A stretch of 64,000 bases of DNA from assembly GCA_965218435.1 (NCBI GenBank), contig CBDCKW010000009.1, positions 2,816,001 through 2,880,000 on the forward strand. The letters run 5' to 3'. The translations under genes and the position numbers were made by a program. Below the pieces are notes generated by a model that was not told the origin of the DNA, did no database searches, and saw only the letters and a list, made by a program, of their open reading frames with translations. Below are positions 60,876 through 64,000 of this stretch, one piece after another. The stretch's first letter is position 1; every line of letters starts with the position of its first letter. Source of the DNA: Truepera sp. (lineage in GTDB: Bacteria; Deinococcota; Deinococci; Deinococcales; Trueperaceae).

Positions 60876-61127
60876 ATGACGGCGATGCCGCTCAAATGGA
60901 AAGTTAGACCGCTGTTAGATTCGCACGGGGTTACGCCCTACCGCCTCATGGTGCAATCGGGTTTGTCTCGAGCTGTCACCTACGCCATAGCGAACGGAAC
61001 GCACACCGCGCTCGACTCCGGGGTGATAGACAAACTGATTCCGGCGTTGCGTGAATTGACCCGGAACGAAGGGTTACAGATTGGCGACGTAGTAGAGTAC
61101 GCGCCTTCAAAGAGTGGGGAGGCGTAG
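60876..61127 (+). CDS. XRE/Cro-like HTH regulator
   Basis: LKWKVRPLLDSHGVTPYRL...SGLSRAVTYAI...IGDVVEY; GGAGG SD. Confidence 0.8.
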   Translation: MTAMPLKWKVRPLLDSHGVTPYRLMVQSGLSRAVTYAIANGTHTALDSGVIDKLIPALRELTRNEGLQIGDVVEYAPSKSGEA

Positions 61128-61129
61128 CG

Positions 61130-62281
61130 ATGCCAAGACGTAAAAGTTCAAGACGCGGACGCGGTGAGGGTACGGTGTTTGAACGTGCAAACGGCACCTG
61201 GGCCGGTGAGGTCACAACCGGGTATGACGAGCACGGTAAACAGAAGCGCAAGACAATCTACGGCAAAACGCAGGCTGAAGCCCTGGCTAAGCTGGCAGAG
61301 GTCAAGCAGCGGTTAGCAAACGGCACTTATACCGACACTAAGCTCACCGTAAAGGAATACCTAAAGCGTTGGAAAGACGAAAAAGCACGGCATGTCAAAC
61401 CGAGCACGGTAGATACCTATGACCGCCTTATAGAGAAGCACATCACTAAGAAGCTAGGCCGCAAGAATCTCGACAAGGTGACGCCCCTTGACGTGCAAAC
61501 GCTTATGGGTGAACTGGCAGACAGCACCGGGATAAGAACCGCGAACGCTGTACGCACGCTGCTCTTCAGCGCCTATAAACAGGCTATCCGCTGGCAACTC
61601 GTCAGCCGGAACCCGGTAGAGGCCACCGACCCACTACGGGCAAACCGTAAGGATATGGAACTCTGGACAGGCGCACAGGCCGCGCACTTTCTCGACACCG
61701 CACGCCCTCACCGCCTTTTTGCCGCGTTCTATCTCGTGATGGCGACCGGCCTACGCCGTGGGGAGTTGCTAGGGCTACGTTGGGCCGACATATCCGAGCG
61801 AGAGCTATACATAAGGCAACAGCTCACCTACCGTAAAGGCGCGTTCGTTTTCACGCCACCTAAGACCGCACAGGGCACCCGGCGCATTGCTATCACCCCA
61901 GATGTGTACGCAGTACTCGAGGCTCACCGGAAAGCGCAAGAAGCGCAGCGTGCGGGCATGGTTGGGCTGTGGCCTGATACCGGGCTCGTGTTCGTCTCTG
62001 AAGCCGGAACGCCGATACACCCCCGCAACTTTGAACGCTCGTGGGGACAGCTCAAAAAAGCCGCTAAGATGACGGACGCCCGTCTACACGACTTGAGACA
62101 CTTGCACGTCTCGCTACTCGTGAAGCAAGGCATAGACCCCCAAGCGATAGCCGACCGGGTAGGCCATACCGACGCCTCGTTTACCTTGCGGCGCTACTCG
62201 CATATGTTTGAAGAGCACCGGGAGCGTACTGCGATTAGCTTAGATGTGCTGCTAGGTAGACAGAGCACCGGAACGAACTAA
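61130..62281 (+). CDS. Tyrosine recombinase/integrase
   Basis: RGRGEGT arm-binding N-terminus; TGLRRGE, PKT, HDLRH, VGH and RRYSH catalytic residues all present. Confidence 0.95.
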   Translation: MPRRKSSRRGRGEGTVFERANGTWAGEVTTGYDEHGKQKRKTIYGKTQAEALAKLAEVKQRLANGTYTDTKLTVKEYLKRWKDEKARHVKPSTVDTYDRLIEKHITKKLGRKNLDKVTPLDVQTLMGELADSTGIRTANAVRTLLFSAYKQAIRWQLVSRNPVEATDPLRANRKDMELWTGAQAAHFLDTARPHRLFAAFYLVMATGLRRGELLGLRWADISERELYIRQQLTYRKGAFVFTPPKTAQGTRRIAITPDVYAVLEAHRKAQEAQRAGMVGLWPDTGLVFVSEAGTPIHPRNFERSWGQLKKAAKMTDARLHDLRHLHVSLLVKQGIDPQAIADRVGHTDASFTLRRYSHMFEEHRERTAISLDVLLGRQSTGTN

Positions 62282-62323
62282 AAATCCTGTAGGTGCAAAT
62301 AAGGTGCAAACCCGGCTCTAAGG

Positions 62324-62357
62324 AGATAGCCCCCGCTAAGTGCGAGGGCTTCTTTTT
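62324..62357. terminator. Terminator between the integrase and the tRNA 3' end
   Basis: AGCCC-CCGC...GCG-AGGGCT stem then TCTTTTT. Confidence 0.6.
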
Positions 62358-62378
62358 GCGTCTCTGACTGTATTTCTC

Positions 62379-62455
<77 letters not shown>

Positions 62456-62538
62456 GGACACTGCTCGGCTCGAGTGCTCGAACTCTAAGATGCTAACACA
62501 AATCGCACGTCTGTAAAGGCGTACATGCCGCCCTTTGG

Positions 62539-63456
62539 TTAGCCCAGATAAAGATAACCCACATAAAAGACGTAGAGCACCAATAGCAACACCCCTTCAC
62601 GCCTTCCTAACCGTAACCCGGTAAGTAGAAGCGGGAGCAGCAGCAAGCTGAGCCCGACCATCAACCAGAGGTTGAGCGCGACTGCGCGGTAGGCGATGTG
62701 AATGGGCCTAACTAGAGCGGTCGCGCCGAGGATAAAAAGGACGTTAAAGATGTTTGAACCGACGACGTTGCCGAGCGCGATATCGGGTTCGCGTCTCAAG
62801 GCAGCGATTCCAGCAGTGGCTAGTTCCGGAAGACTTGTTCCGACAGCGACGAGCGTCAGGCCAATCACGAGTTCCGGTACGCCGAAGCTCCGGGCCAGCG
62901 AGGTTGCGCCGCTGACGAGGAGTTGAGCACCGCCGACGAGGAGGCCGAGACCTAAGAGCGCCCCTAAGTTACTTACCCAGAGAGGTCTCGAGCTTACGTC
63001 CGACTGTTCCCCAACAGATTCGCGGCGGCTTAGCAGCACCCAGAGGTAGCCGCCCAAACATACGAGGAGCAACCCTCCGTCTACACGGCTCAGGGTGCCG
63101 TCGAGTAAGAGCAGCGGGAGCAGCGCCGCCGAACCGATCATCACCGGAAGTTCGCGGCGCAAAAAAGGTTTTTGGGTTTGGAGCGGATAGATCAGCGCCG
63201 TTACGCCGAGAATCAGGGCAATATTGGCGACGTTGGAACCGATGACGTTCCCTAGCGCAAGTTCAGGCGCGCCGCGCAGCGCCGCCGTAATACTTGCGGC
63301 AAGTTCAGGAGCCGAGGTGCCGAGCGCCACCACGGTGAGGCCGATGACGAGCGAGCTAACCCCCCAACGCCGCGCCAGGAGGCTCGAGTTGTCCACCAGT
63401 AAATTACCGCCAAAATAAAGCAGCACGATACCCAAAATAACAAAAACGACGTTCAC
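62539..63456 (-). CDS. Calcium/sodium antiporter (YrbG-like)
   Basis: Two alpha-repeats: GTSAPE...GSN and GTSLPE...GSN. Confidence 0.92.
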   Translation of the reverse strand: MNVVFVILGIVLLYFGGNLLVDNSSLLARRWGVSSLVIGLTVVALGTSAPELAASITAALRGAPELALGNVIGSNVANIALILGVTALIYPLQTQKPFLRRELPVMIGSAALLPLLLLDGTLSRVDGGLLLVCLGGYLWVLLSRRESVGEQSDVSSRPLWVSNLGALLGLGLLVGGAQLLVSGATSLARSFGVPELVIGLTLVAVGTSLPELATAGIAALRREPDIALGNVVGSNIFNVLFILGATALVRPIHIAYRAVALNLWLMVGLSLLLLPLLLTGLRLGRREGVLLLVLYVFYVGYLYLG

Positions 63457-63706
63457 AAGGTTACCTTAACGCAGATATTTGGTGAGCTGAACGCGCGGCC
63501 AAGCTACCGAGCGACCCAGATCGGCTTTGGCTAGCTCGAGAAACCTAACGAGTTGCGCAAAACTTACTCGTGGATAGCAACCCTCTTACAAATGGTGTAG
63601 CCGCACGGCTAAAAACAGTCCGTGCCAGCAAAACTTTGTCAACGTTTCTGCAAACGTCACAGTCAGCTGATGTAAGTCTCACCCCGCGCTTTGCTATAGT
63701 GAGCCT

Positions 63707-64000
63707 GTGAAGGTGCTTAAGGGAATCTTTTTGCTGTTTTTAACCGTCGTGCTCGCAGTTGTGGCGCTCCTCGGCGCGTCGGCGTTTAAGTGGGCGAGTG
63801 AGCTGCCGCCGGTCGGTGAGATCGAAAAGCTCGAGTACACCGCAACGTCGCAGTTTTTTGACACGAACGGTCAGGTGATCGGCGAGATTTTGCCCGTTGC
63901 CGGGGTCGGCGGCCCGACCACCAACCGCACCGTGGTCACCTTGGACCGGGTTGCGCCGCCGGTTTTGTGGGCCATTATCTCGTCTGAAGACGACGGCTTT
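63707..64000 (+). CDS. 5' end of a class A penicillin-binding protein/transglycosylase, partial
   Basis: N-terminal TM anchor, then SQFFDTNG..IG, R..VTLD and AIISSEDDGF (GT51 motif 1); leaderless GTG after TATAGT. Confidence 0.8.
   Translation, partial: MKVLKGIFLLFLTVVLAVVALLGASAFKWASELPPVGEIEKLEYTATSQFFDTNGQVIGEILPVAGVGGPTTNRTVVTLDRVAPPVLWAIISSEDDGF

Overview
Bacterial chromosome segment, most likely Deinococcota (Trueperaceae-like). This is inferred from the protein families, the many leaderless genes and the strong excess of CTCGAG. Positions 1-52 kb are mostly housekeeping and metabolic genes: coaA, rpsO-pnp-rnj, mutY, comF, miaB, a YtfQRT/YjfF-like sugar ABC transporter, a Dpp-type peptide ABC transporter, proline catabolism, an FTR1/EfeO-like iron uptake pair, an orphan Brp/Blh dioxygenase and a ferritin-BON-SRPBCC fusion. 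The accessory hotspot is at the 3' end of tRNA-Ala(CGC) (62380-62455, minus). An apparently intact ~8.7 kb integrative, satellite-like element lies there, bounded by 46-bp direct repeats (53690-53735 and 62379-62424). It carries a tyrosine integrase, an HTH/operator switch with a near-consensus promoter driving a very acidic 54-aa ORF missed by the ORF track, an AAA_25/RepA-type helicase flanked by inverted iteron-like clusters, and two lipoprotein cargo genes. Just outside it is an AT-rich stand-alone SIR2-domain gene, a candidate anti-phage NADase. All calls come from motif recognition by eye; no database searches were run.
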